From Chiloscyllium plagiosum (Eukaryota), in NCBI RefSeq assembly GCF_004010195.1, contig NC_057711.1, positions 82,712,046 to 82,776,045 of the forward strand: a stretch of DNA of 64,000 bases, read 5' to 3'. This document shows, one piece after another, positions 38,508 to 49,829 of the stretch. Positions within the stretch are counted from its first letter, which is position 1. The number at the start of each line of letters is the position of its first letter. The translations under genes and the position numbers were made by a program. The notes under the pieces are model-generated. The model saw only the letters and a program-made list of their open reading frames with translations, did not search any database and was not told where the DNA came from.

Positions 38508-39919
38508 CATGACAGAAGTGCTTTGGTCAGAAATCTCATAACAGCATTGGCTGGAATTCTTCAGTGTAGCTGATCAAAGTCTTTTCAGCTTCTCAGTTTC
38601 ACTGAAGAAGTTCTTCCTAATATGCACTCACCTCATTGACCCTGAGGAATTGCTGATTGACCAAGAAGATTTGGCATTAAAACAACTAATAATTGACTTC
38701 TTAGTATGAGTGAATTGGATGATTTAATGATGTTTAGGGTTTGGGATTGGAAGTTCAGCTCAAAGTTCAAGAAGGATTACTGCTGTGACAGTCTGACCTG
38801 ATGAGAATCCAGGGAAGGCATTGAAACAGATGACTAGAATACAACTTTCTTTTTGAGGGAGCTAAGCAAGAGGTCTTCTGTTATTACATTGGGATGTACT
38901 GCCCTAACCCACAATTTGAAGACAGACAAGTGCAGTGCCGTTTGTCTATTTAGAATGGCGATAGTAATGTTGACCTCAGTGTTGGCAACATAAGCATAGA
39001 AGTTATTTCTGGTTAGTGTTACAGACAGGTAATGCATAAATTAGAAATTGTTGGGGCTATGGTTGAATCTTTGCGTATCCCTTGAAGTGACTATCCTGAG
39101 GTGAGCATAAAGCACAGGGACATGGAACATTAAGATTGTGAAAACAATTTAAGCCTGTGACTTGGAGGTGGCTCACAGAAAAGAAATATAGGAGCACTGA
39201 ATTCTGAATCTTCTTAACTTATATAGGGAAACCTAGGAGAAAGAGAGAGCATCATGTAGCATTAGAAGTAAATGTTCAAAACAAAAACATTTTGACCTTT
39301 CACACATTAGGGACATTCATGGAAGAATGTAAGAAATAAGTGCAAGAATAGCTATTTGGCTCTCTAGCCTACCTCAATATGACTGATTTGATTGTGAGTT
39401 TAACTCCACTTACTGCCACCACCACGCTGGAGGAAAAGAATCTGTCTAATACACCCTTGAATATATTCAACATCCCATTCTTCACTGTTCTCTGTGAAAT
39501 AAAGTTTCAAAGGTTAATAATCCTCTAAGAGAGAAAATTCCTCTTAATTTCCCTCTTAATTTGATGTCCCCTGACCTTAGATCTCTCTTGCCTTATGAGG
39601 GATAATATTCTCTTAGTGTCTAACCTGTGCCCCTATCAAGCCCCATCAGAATCTTTATATTTCAATTGGATCAATTCTCATTCTTTTTAATGCTGATGAA
39701 TTATGGTTTCAAGTTTATAAGTATTACTAAATGAATATTTGTAGTGATATTAGTTTAACTAATTAATTGAATATTTATATCTCCCTGGTACCTTTTTTAA
39801 GCTACTGTTCCCAATTCAACGTAAACCCTCAAAACTCACCAACCCATCACCTACCTGCTTATCTTTTTCTCCCTCATTCAGACCTTTCTCAGTGCCATGA
39901 AAGACCAGAAGAACAACTG

Positions 39920-40059
39920 GGTAAAAACAATGACTGCAGATGCTGGAAACCAGATTCTGAATTAGAGTGGTGCTGGAAAAGCACAGCAGTTCAGGCAGCA
40001 TCCGAGGAGCAGGAAAATCGACGTTTCAGGCAAAAGATGAAGGGCTTTTGCCCAAAACG
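39920..40059. mobile_element. Short PLE 3'-end insert
   Basis: tgactgcagatgctggaaaccag..gctggaaaagcacagcag; 14-bp TSD cagaagaacaactg at 39906-39919 and 40060-40073. Confidence 0.88.
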
Positions 40060-40089
40060 CAGAAGAACAACTGTACAACTTGCCCTCAA

Positions 40090-40800
40090 TTACCATCAAG
40101 TCAATTTATAGATTAGTCATATAAAATACAGGAACAACAACAGGAGCCCCTTCAGTGAGTAACTCACTTCCTTAATTCTCCAAAGTCTGTCCACCATCTA
40201 CAAAGTATTGGTCAGGAGTTTGAGGGAATACTCCCCATCTGCTTAGATAAATGCAGTCCAGCACTTAACAACACTCAAGAAACATGACATTATCCAGGAT
40301 AGAGCAGCCCACCTAATTGGCACCACATCCAAAAATATTTATTCCTTCCACCACTGACAGACAATAGCAGCAGTGTCAAAAACAGAAGTTGCTGGAAAAG
40401 CTCAGCAGGTCTAGCAGCATTGGTTAAGGGAAATCAGAGTTAATGTTTTGGGTCCAGTGACACATCCTCAGAACTGAATAGCAGCAGTTACTATCTACAC
40501 TGTGTAAATTCACTAATTCACTTAAATGCACCCTCCAAACCTGTACCACAAATATATAGAAGAAGGATACCAAATACATAGAAGACTAATGTGGGAAGTT
40601 TTACTCCAAACCACCCATCATCCTGACTTCGAAATATACTGCCATTCCTTCAGTGTCACCTGGAACTCACTCCCTAAAAATGTTGTCGCTGTACCTAAAC
40701 AAAATGATTGCAACAATTCAAGAAGATCTGACTTTGTCAAGGGCAAATAGGGATAGACAATAAATGTTAGGAATACCCACATCCTATGAATGAATAAAAA
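40090..40800 (+). mobile_element. Old LINE ORF2 3' fragment (CR1/L2-group)
   Basis: STIYKVLVRSLREYSPSA* and KHDIIQDRAAHLIG; ends cacatcctatgaatgaataaaaaa. Confidence 0.7.
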
Positions 40801-41274
40801 ATATCCCATTAAGCTGGACTTTGTGACATATTTTGTGTTAATAAAACCTTCTGTGTTCATACTAGCTTTAATTCCTGATACCTCTGATCAACCAGACAAT
40901 TAAGTAACAGTGCAGCTCCCATTAGTAGAGAGTTTGTCTATCACTAACTGAGAGAAATTACAATTTTCCCAGATTAAATAAATACTGTCTACAAGTACTC
41001 TGATGAGGTGGACAGAGTAGGGCAGTGGGTGGTTAGGATTTTGTCCACCCCAGTCCAACACTGGCACCTCCTCATCAGGATTTTAATGCACTGTCTTTTC
41101 TTGGGTAGATTCGTTATCAGTTTTCAAAACATTTAAGGGAGAATAGTTTACAAAGTTTACAATAATATGGGGAAAGAACGGGGAAGTGGGATTAATTAGA
41201 TTGTTCTAGGAGCTGGGACTGGCTCAATGTATCAAAGTCCTTTCTACTGTGCTTTACTGTAGAGTTTAGAAATC

Positions 41275-41474
41275 AAAGTTAAAAATCACACAACTCCAGG
41301 TTATAGTCCAACAGGTTTAATTGGAAGCACTAGCTTTCGGAGTGCTCCTGGGCAACAACCTGATGAAGGAGCAGCGCTCTGAAAGCTAGTGCTTTTAATT
41401 AAACCTGTTGGACTATAACCTGGTGTTGTGTGATTTTTAACTTTGTACATCCCAGTCCAACACTGGCATCTCCA
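41275..41474. mobile_element. Palindromic PLE-derived insert, second family
   Basis: aaagttaaaaatcacacaac..ggttatagtccaacaggtttaatt and its reverse complement in the same block. Hammerhead core CUGAUGA-A-GGAGC-AGC-GCUCU-GAAA-GCUA at 41360-41388. Confidence 0.8.
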
Positions 41475-41719
41475 AATTAGAAAATGAAAGGTGACTTCAT
41501 TGAAACTTAGGAACTTCGTACAGGGCTGACAGTGTAGGTTAGATATCATCTTTCACCTGGAATAATTAGTTGAAAACAAGAGGAAACAATTTCAGAATAA
41601 CGGAAAATCATTTCAGATTGAGATGGGAATAATGTCTACATTCTCGAAGGGTTGTGAATCTCTTACTCCAAAGGCCTCTGCAAGGTTAATCAGTGAGCAA
41701 GGTCGAGACACAAATCAAC

Positions 41720-41928
41720 AGGCGAAAGTGAGTACTGCAGATACTGGAGATCAGAGTCAAGATTAGAGTGATGCTGGAAAAGCACAGTAGGTCAGGTAAT
41801 ATCCGAGGCACAGGAAAATCGACGTTTTGGGCAGGAGTGATTTTTTTTCCCTGATGAAGGGCTCCTGCCCGAAACGTCGATTTTCCTGCTCCTCGGATGT
41901 TACCTGACCTACTGTGCTTTTCCAGCAC
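41720..41928. mobile_element. Palindromic PLE 3'-end insert immediately upstream of the promoter
   Basis: Inverted arms; 11-bp TSD cacaaatcaac at 41709-41719 and 41929-41939. Confidence 0.9.
41850..41880 (+). ncRNA. Minimal hammerhead ribozyme core, intact
   Basis: C-CUGAUGA-A-GGGC-UCCU-GCCC-GAAAC-GUC-GA: all core nucleotides, perfect 4-bp stem II, palindromic ACGU and a GUC site at 41876-41878. Confidence 0.72.
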
Positions 41929-41940
41929 CACAAATCAACG

Positions 41941-42250
41941 GGCTCAAGATGTAAGCCCCGCCCACCGCCTGGCAGGGACAGTTGGCCCCGCCCACCACGC
42001 GGCTCGGGTTATTAGGCCCGCCTACTCCTACACGCAGAAGTGTCGGAGCGTCACAATACCCTGTACTGTACTGTATTACGTCTGAGGGATTTCTGAAACT
42101 ACCCATTAGCCTGCCCTTATCTCCGATTCAGTGGATGCTCAGGTTGGGATGGTGGTGACATCACTGTCCGCACGCGCTCCTGGAAATTTCTAGAAACCAC
42201 AAGATTAGCGGTGAACGGTTGAAAATGGCGAATAAAGTGGCGGTGAGCCT
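41941..42250 (+). promoter_or_regulatory. TATA-less CpG-rich promoter/first exon with three Sp/KLF GC boxes
   Basis: GCCCCGCCCACC at 41955-41966 and 41985-41996, and GGCCCGCCTAC at 42015-42025. Local CpG enrichment in an otherwise CpG-poor window. AAAATGGCG (YY1-like, and a strong Kozak context) at 42222-42230. Confidence 0.75.
42225..42242 (+). CDS. SLC28A3: SLC28-family nucleoside transporter, putative first coding exon (MANKVA)
   Basis: Kozak gaaaATGG, then a consensus donor GCG|gtgagc at 42243. Phase 0 matches the next exon. Lies just downstream of the GC boxes. No sequence homology can be judged on 6 aa. Confidence 0.6.
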
Positions 42251-42964
42251 CTACCTCTGCACAAATAGGACAAGACCATAAATGATTCTTCAGTTTCATG
42301 CCCTTTTATAATGTCCAGGGTAACCCGGCTCTTGGTGGTTTTCTCTAGAGAGAGAAACAAAGTTTATGTTTCTGATGAGCGGAGAAACCTGCTTTTATTG
42401 CTTGCGGGGTTCACATGGGGTTAATTTCCTTTACGTTCAGTCTGTGTCTGCAATAACACGGCTCTTATCCAAAGAGTTAATAGAACGAAACTTCGAGCTG
42501 CGAGTGCGTGTTGTTGCGAGTTGGTAGCAGTTGTTGAAACCTCAGTCTGTTGAGTTTAATTTGCTCCACGTTCGGCTGATTAATGCCAGGAACTGTTCAA
42601 ATCCATTTACTTGGCACCTACCGCCAAGCAGGTTTATAGGCGTCAGCAACAAATGGTTTGCTGGGCTGTCCTACTGATATTTCTTTCTATAGCATTTTCA
42701 CCATCGGGTTCAATGTTAATTTCCATTAGCTGTGAAATTAAACTAAAAAAAGTTTAAATCAATGAATTGTCTGAAGTGTCACTTAAGAAAAGAACAGCAT
42801 TTATGATGTTTAGTATGGAAGACATAAGGGAGTTTATAGATTGATTAGTTATCTTACAAACACTGACATTGACATTCTTTCAGAGTACTTTCAGAGTACT
42901 TCAGATCACTCTCCAGTAAGAACAAATATTTTTAAGTTGTGGATACGTTCCAAAAAGTCCATGA

Positions 42965-43155
42965 TGTGGAGGGGCCAGTGTTGGACTGGGGTGTACAAAG
43001 TTAAACATTACACAACACTAGATTACAGTCCAGCAGATTTATTTGGAAGCACTAACTGTCAGAGCGCTGCTCTTTCATCAAGTGGTTGAGGTGTGCTTCC
43101 AAATAAACCTGTTGGAGTATAACCTGGTGCTGTGTGATTTTTTTTAAACTTTGTC
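42965..43155. mobile_element. Palindromic PLE-derived insert, second family (intron 1)
   Basis: tgtggaggggccagtgttggactggggtgtacaaagttaaa..atttggaagcac and the inverted arm gtgcttccaaataaacctgttgga; same family as 41275-41474. Confidence 0.8.
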
Positions 43156-44964
43156 CCAAAAAGGTGTTAGCCTGCAGGCAGCACAATATGGTAGGAAAGG
43201 GAATTAGACGATTGATTGTGCATTAAAATTGGAGCAATGTGACAACTCGTTAATCTCCCAAATAGAAGTAGGCAATTCAACCCATCAAAAATTCTATTCA
43301 GTCACATTATGGCTAATCAATTTAATTTTGCCTGCTGTTTCTTTATATCTCTTGACATCCTTAACAACCAAAAATCCATCAATTCCAGTCATGGGATTTC
43401 AATAGTTTTAGCAATCAAAACGTTTTGAGTGAAAGTTTCAGATTAGGAGGAAAAATATGGCCTTGCTTGATTTTAAGAATTTTTTTCCACCAGTTTCTTT
43501 ATATTTCCCCATATGTCCCATAAGTTTGTAAATATTTGATTAGATAACTTATCTTTAATGTAATAAAACATTGGTAATAATACAGGAGTGTTATCAATCA
43601 ATTTGACAATGAGATGCATAAGTATATATTCAAAAAATGACCAAAAAAGTGGTTTTGAGGCACCTCTTAAGTAAGGATAGAGAAAAAGAGAGGCTTGAAG
43701 TTATGACCATTAATGGTGGAGCAAAGTAGTGGATACTCAAGAGCCGAGACTTTATGGAGGACTCTGAGTTGGTGAGTGGCAATGACATGGAAGGATTAGA
43801 AAACATGGATTGAAATTTTTCATAAGTGTGTATAACATTGTTAAGATGTTGTTAAACTGATAGTGTAGATCAGAGGGTAGAAATAGTTGTCTAAATTGAG
43901 GGAGTACACTCACATTCATAAAAGTTATCTTCATAAATTGCACTTTCAAACCCTCACATGAGATTTTGCTCTGCACTACCTCCAAGGCCAGTGTTTGTTG
44001 TTGAAAGCAGTACCACAAATGTAGTCTAATCAAGATGCTGTACAAATGGTGTGCAACATAATTTCCTTTGTATTCCATTTTCCTAATGTAAAAATCAACA
44101 TTGTATCAGTCTTTTTGATTGCTTTTTGTATCTATTCCCTACTTTACTGTGTACCCAGATGCCCACATCCCTTAACAGCTCCCAGTAATGTAAGCTATTA
44201 AAAAAAGTGATTTGTCTTTTTTGGATTAAAAGTAGGTATTTCAACTGAAAGACAGTTATTTATTATTCAGTGAGTCTAGGGCTGGTTTCTGAATCAGTGT
44301 ATTTCCTGACACAGAATATTTTGGAAAATGAAGCCAGGTTGATAATTTATGTAAGACTGGGAAACTAGTTGTGGAATTATGACTGCAGCATTCTTAAGCT
44401 TAATGCAAGAATTGGAAAAAATGGGTCAAACATTAGTGGATTTTTTTTCAGTCATTCTTTAGTGATGTTTCAAAAGGGATTTCGCCAAAATTAGCAGGGT
44501 AGAGAATTTAAACAAGTTGATAGATTTGCTGTGGATAATAATCAGTTTTGAATGTGATTGTATTCAGTGCAATTTGCCAATTGCTGTTTAATATGTCTGC
44601 TTGGCGGTTGTATTGTAAACCATTTTTCACATTTCTTCAGACTGCTGTAAGTTATTCAGATATTGGGCAGGAAAAGGCATTCTACTCAGTGATTCACCTG
44701 GTTGAGTTTGAATTTCGTGTGTGTTTATCATTATTTTGTAAGGATAGAGCAAGCTACACCAGTTCATTTAGTCTGCTCCTGCTCCTATTTCTTGTGTCTA
44801 AAAATCATTTTTGAAGCAGGGCAAAAAAATGTTGACTTATATAAAGACAGTTTGAATTGTGTTTGTTTAGACAATTCAAATTGATACTTTTTCAATTTCT
44901 AAGGTCAATGCAAATAAATAAATCATTAAAGTTGAAAGCACAGTTTATATTTCTTACCTGAAAC

Positions 44965-45172
44965 ATTGCTAAAGGGAAGCATGAAGTTGAAGCTTTTCCT
45001 CTTGCATTCATCAGAATGAGGAATCTTTGCTCTCGTCAGTTTTTTCCAGTTCAAAATGAAACAAGTAGTTGAAGCTTGTCGTCTTGAACGGGAAGAACCT
45101 GACTTGAGCAAAGATTCCTCATCCTGACAAATGCAAGATGAAAAGATTCACCTACTTGTTCTCTTTAGCAAT
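44965..45172. repeat. ~208-bp imperfect palindrome (arms ~100 bp, 9-nt loop at 45066-45074)
   Basis: The reverse complement of 45075-45172 aligns along the full length of 44965-45065, with shared blocks ttgctaaag, cttttc.tcttgcatt and atgaggaatctttgctc. Confidence 0.85.
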
Positions 45173-45349
45173 AGTTAAAGTTCTGTACCACCAAGCAATT
45201 ATTTATTGCTTTGATAAAATTTGCACACAGAGACTCAAAGCACAATGCTTATTATAATTTGTTTCATTATAAGTAATTTATTGAATTTTACTTTGAAACC
45301 TATGAAAGTTACCTTTTTTGTTACTAATTTAAACTCTATTTATGTTGAG

Positions 45350-45402
45350 GCTGAAAGTGAAGAGGAGTTGGACACAGGAGATGCACAGATTGCTTCAGAA
45401 AG
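45350..45402 (+). CDS. SLC28A3: SLC28-family transporter coding exon 2 (AESEEELDTGDAQIASE+S)
   Basis: Branch-point TACTAAT at 45322-45328, T-rich tract and gAG acceptor; donor AAG|gtattg. Phase 0 to phase 2 fits both neighbours. Acidic purine-rich codons in an AT-rich background. Confidence 0.65.
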
Positions 45403-45539
45403 GTATTGATATTTCTTCAGATTTGATTTGTAAATCTTTTGAAAGTATTATTTCAGATAATATACTGTTTCTGAAAAATAACATCATCAAGCTTCATTTG
45501 AATTGATGATGAATCTCTACATTATTTTCTACACCAATT

Positions 45540-46500
45540 GGAAGAAGCATTGAGGTGGTGAGCGTACAGTCTGTATTCTGGTTAGGGAACTCCAATGCCC
45601 ACCAAGAATGGTGGTTCAGTAGCACCACTACTAACTAGTTAGCTATGTTTTAAAGGGCATAACTACTAGACTTGGTGCTGCATTTGGTGGTGAGGCAGCA
45701 TCATCAGCAAGAAACCAACTTGACAACGTATTCAATAATCTATCTGTTGCGATGCATTTATTTGTAATCGTATCCTTTAGCACAGTCCTTGTGATAAAAT
45801 TCCCACTTTTTCTTGAGAGTATTTTTCGTTGTGATTGCTGGTAGCACCAACCTGCAAAATGGGATAGATTTTGAACAGATCAATAACTCAAAACTAGGCA
45901 TTCATGAGGCACTGTGTGCCTTCAGCAACAGCATTGTATTAAATGCAGTCTGTTACCTTGAGGCCTGTATGTCCTCCACTATTACCATTAATCTGCAGGA
46001 TCAACCCTGGTTTAATGAAGAGTGCAGGAGGGCATCCTGGGAGCTGCTGTAGACACCTGTGAACAATGTGTCCATTTGGTGAAGCTACAACACAGGACTA
46101 CTTGAATACCAAAAGTCGAACTGGTTGCAATAGAGAGATCCCAATGCAATAGATTAGATCTAAACTCTGCAAGCCTGCCACGTGCAACAGTGAATATTGA
46201 TGGGAAATTTAGCAATTGACAGGAGAAGACTCCACAAGAATCCCTATCTTTAGAGCTAGGGAAGTCAATTAGAGTTCAATGCAGAAAACATAAAAGAAGC
46301 ATTTGGAACTACCTTCAGCCAGAAGTGTCAAATGGATGATCAATTTTGATTTCCCCCTGAAGACTGTAGTATCACATGTGCCAAGTTTCAGCCAATTCAA
46401 TTCACTTCATATGATGTCAAAGCAAAGCTAAAGTCCCAAAATACTGCAAAGGCTATGGGCCTTAACAATAAGAGTACTGAAAATTTTGCTCCAGTACTAA
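45540..46500 (+). mobile_element. Old LINE ORF2 fragment (endonuclease to pre-RT; CR1/L2-group)
   Basis: QDQPWFNEECRRA and TAKAMGLNN (cf. KA.GPDNI); many stops. Confidence 0.7.
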
Positions 46501-46532
46501 CTGCTCCTAATTAGCTTTATCTATCGATTCCA

Positions 46533-47943
46533 AAGAGACCTTGGAGTGCAGGTTCATAGCTCCTTGAAAGTAGAGTCGCAGGTAGATAGGATAGTGAAGA
46601 GGGTGTTTGGTATGCTTTCCTTTATTGGTCAAAGTATTGAGTACAGGAGTTGGGAGGTCATGTTGCAGCTGTACAGGACATTGGTTAGGCCACTGTTAGA
46701 ATATTGCGTGCAATTCTGGTCTCCTTATCGGAAAGATGTTGTGAAACTTGAAAGGGTTCAGAAAAGATTTACAAGGATGTTGCCAGGGTTGGAGGATTTG
46801 AGTGATAGGGAGAGGCTGAACAGGCTGGGGCTGTTTTCCCTGGAGCGTCAGAGGCTGCGGGCTGACCTTATAGAGGTTACAAAATTATGAGGGGCATGGA
46901 TAGGGTAAATAGGCAAAGTCTTTTCCCTGGGATCGGGGAGTCCAGAACTCTTCTTTGAACTCTTTCCAGCTTAATAATAATCTTCCTATAACTGGTTGCC
47001 AGAACTGGACACAGTACGCCTGAAGACGCCTCACTAATGTCCTATACAACCTCAATATGACTTCCTAACTCCTATACTCAAAGGATTGAGCAATGAAGGC
47101 AAGCTTGCTTAATACATTTTTAACCATCCTGTCGATATGTGAAGGAAACTTCAAGGAATTATATACCTGAACCTCTACGCCCCTCTGTTCTATAGCACTA
47201 CCCAAGGAGAAAATGAGGACTGCAGATGCTGGAGATCAGAGATGAAAAATGTTGCGCTGGAAAAGCACAGCAGGTCAGGTCAGGCAGCATCTGAGGAGCA
47301 GCAGAGTCAACGTTTCAGGCATAAGCCCAATCTTGATGAAAGCTTTATGTGCAAAACATCGACTCTTCTGCTCCTTGGATGCTGCCTGACCTGTTGTGCT
47401 TTTCCAGTGCCACAATTTTTGACTCTCATCTCCAGCATCGGCAGTCCTCACTTTCTCCCATTAATTATGTAAGTCCTACCCTTGTTTGTTGTAGCAAAGT
47501 GCAATACCTAGTATTTATCCAGATTGAACTCCATTTGCCAAGTTTCTGCCCTTCTAACCCATTTGATCAAGATTCCTTTGTAGTCTTAGAAAACCTTCTT
47601 CACTGTCTCCTGTGCCATTAATTTTGGTGTCGTCTGTAAGCTTACTAACTGTGCCTTTTATATTCTCATCCAAATCATTTATGTAAGTGCCAAACCAAAG
47701 ACGACCCAGAATCAAACCCTGTGGAACACCGCTGGTGACAGGCCTCCAGTCCGAAAAACAATCCTGCACCATCACTCTGTCTCTGCCGTTAGGCCAATTA
47801 TCTATCCAATCGGCTTACCCTGAATTCTATGTTACTTAACTTTACTAAATAGTCTAAGAATTGGAACCTTGTCGAAGGCTTTACGAAGGTCCATGTAAAC
47901 AACGTCTACTGCTCTAGCCTCATTACTCTGCTTGGTAACTTTC
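46533..47943. mobile_element. CR1 fragments: + strand 46533-46950, - strand 46950-47943, with a palindromic PLE insert at 47206-47458
   Basis: Plus: LVRPLLEYCVQFWSPY..LERVQKRFTRML. Minus: VTSGVPQGLILG, YMDLRKAFDKVP. The insert has both terminal arms ggagaaa.tgaggactgcagatgctggag in inverted orientation. Confidence 0.88.
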
Positions 47944-48443
47944 NNNNNNNNNNNNNNNNNNNNNNNNNNNNNNNNNNNNNNNNNNNNNNNNNNNNNNNNN
48001 NNNNNNNNNNNNNNNNNNNNNNNNNNNNNNNNNNNNNNNNNNNNNNNNNNNNNNNNNNNNNNNNNNNNNNNNNNNNNNNNNNNNNNNNNNNNNNNNNNNN
48101 NNNNNNNNNNNNNNNNNNNNNNNNNNNNNNNNNNNNNNNNNNNNNNNNNNNNNNNNNNNNNNNNNNNNNNNNNNNNNNNNNNNNNNNNNNNNNNNNNNNN
48201 NNNNNNNNNNNNNNNNNNNNNNNNNNNNNNNNNNNNNNNNNNNNNNNNNNNNNNNNNNNNNNNNNNNNNNNNNNNNNNNNNNNNNNNNNNNNNNNNNNNN
48301 NNNNNNNNNNNNNNNNNNNNNNNNNNNNNNNNNNNNNNNNNNNNNNNNNNNNNNNNNNNNNNNNNNNNNNNNNNNNNNNNNNNNNNNNNNNNNNNNNNNN
48401 NNNNNNNNNNNNNNNNNNNNNNNNNNNNNNNNNNNNNNNNNNN
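47944..48443. other. Assembly gap (500 N)
   Basis: Run of n from 47944 to 48443. The round length suggests a placeholder of unknown true size. Confidence 0.99.
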
Positions 48444-49800
48444 AGGACCTACAAACAAATCAATGGAACATCTGTGGGATCACCAAAATCAGGGTTCCTA
48501 GCAGAAGCAGGAATACAGAGACTCGAACAAACAGCCCTCACAAGTATCCAACCCAAACTGGGTCTGCTGCGTGGATGACACCTTCGTGATTACAAAACAG
48601 AACAAATTAGAAGAAACCTACAACACCATCAACAATATCCTTACTGGTATAAAATTTACAAAGAGGAGTAGAATGACAACAGATTCCCATTCCTAAAAGT
48701 TACAGTAGAACGAACAGTTAATGGAGAACTTAAAACCAGTGTCTACAGAAAAACAACACATACAGATCAAATACTTAACTACAGGAGCAATCACCCCAAA
48801 CACACAAACATCGCTTCAATAAGCCACGACACACTCCAGGGACTACAAACAGCTGAAGAAAAATATCTATACAGCATATTCAGGAAGAACAGGTACTCAA
48901 TAAACAGAGTCTGATGATTCCCCAGAAACAAACCCAAGCAAGCAGACACAATGCAACCAAAAACTATATAGCATTAACTTACATAAAAGACATATCAGAA
49001 ATGACTTCCAGACTACTCAGACCCTTTGGCATCATAGTAGCCCACAAACCTACCAACAGACTTAAACAGTGGCTAATGAACTTAAAGGACCCTATACAAC
49101 AACTAGCAAAACAAATGTTTTAAAAAATACCATGCAAAGACTGTAACAAACACTGCATCAGACAAACAAGCAGAAGACTAGCCACCAGGATACATGAACA
49201 CCAACTAGTAACCAAAGGACATGACCCACTATCACTAGTGTCCTTATATACAGACAAGGAAGGACACCACTTTGACTGGGACAACACATCCATCATAGGA
49301 CAAGCTAAACAGAGACACGTCTGGCATTCTAAATGGAACTCCATCAATAAAGACATCGATATGGACCCCCATCTAGCATTCTCTGAGGGGGAAAAAGAAA
49401 CTGGAAATGATATCACCTGCCTTAAGAAATCAAAACACTTAAATAGAAAGTGGGATGTAACACCAGTGCTTCATCGGAGGCTCACTGATGATGTTAGGTG
49501 AAAGTGAGTACTGCAGATGCTGGAGATTAGAGTCAAGATTAGAGTGATGCTGGAAAATCACAGCAGATCATGCAGCATCCGAGGAGCAGGAAAATCGACG
49601 TTTCGGGCAGGAGCTCTTCTTCAGGAATGAGGGGCATTCCTGATGAAGGGCTTCTGACCGAAACATTGATTTTCCTGCTCCTTGTATGCTGTCTGACCTG
49701 CTGTGCTTTTCCAGCACTATTCTAATTTTGTCACTGATGATGTTACCCGGTATGGTGACGAATATCTGAAAACAAACCTTTCAGCTCGGCGAGCAAACTT
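48444..49800 (+). mobile_element. Penelope/Poseidon-like PLE (RT C-terminus and GIY-YIG), degenerate, interrupted at 49497-49730
   Basis: WVCCVDDTFVI, GIKFT, VYRKTTHTDQILNYRSNHP, LTYIKDISEMTSRLLRPFGIIVAHKPT and KIPCKDCNKHCIRQTSRRLATRIHEH. Decayed hammerhead CUGAUGA-U-GUUACC..GGUGAC-GAA at 49734-49762. Confidence 0.88.
49497..49730. mobile_element. Palindromic Neptune-like PLE 3'-end insert
   Basis: Inverted arms with hammerhead cores on both strands (49597-49625 minus; ~49640-49668 plus). 15-bp TSD tcactgatgatgtta at 49482-49496 and 49731-49745. Confidence 0.92.
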
Positions 49801-49829
49801 AGAATAAGATTCTCTTTTATTCTTGACTA

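Noticed and set aside
47832..48501. Two long ORFs (208 and 189 aa)
   Set aside because: Artefacts of translating through the 500-N gap.
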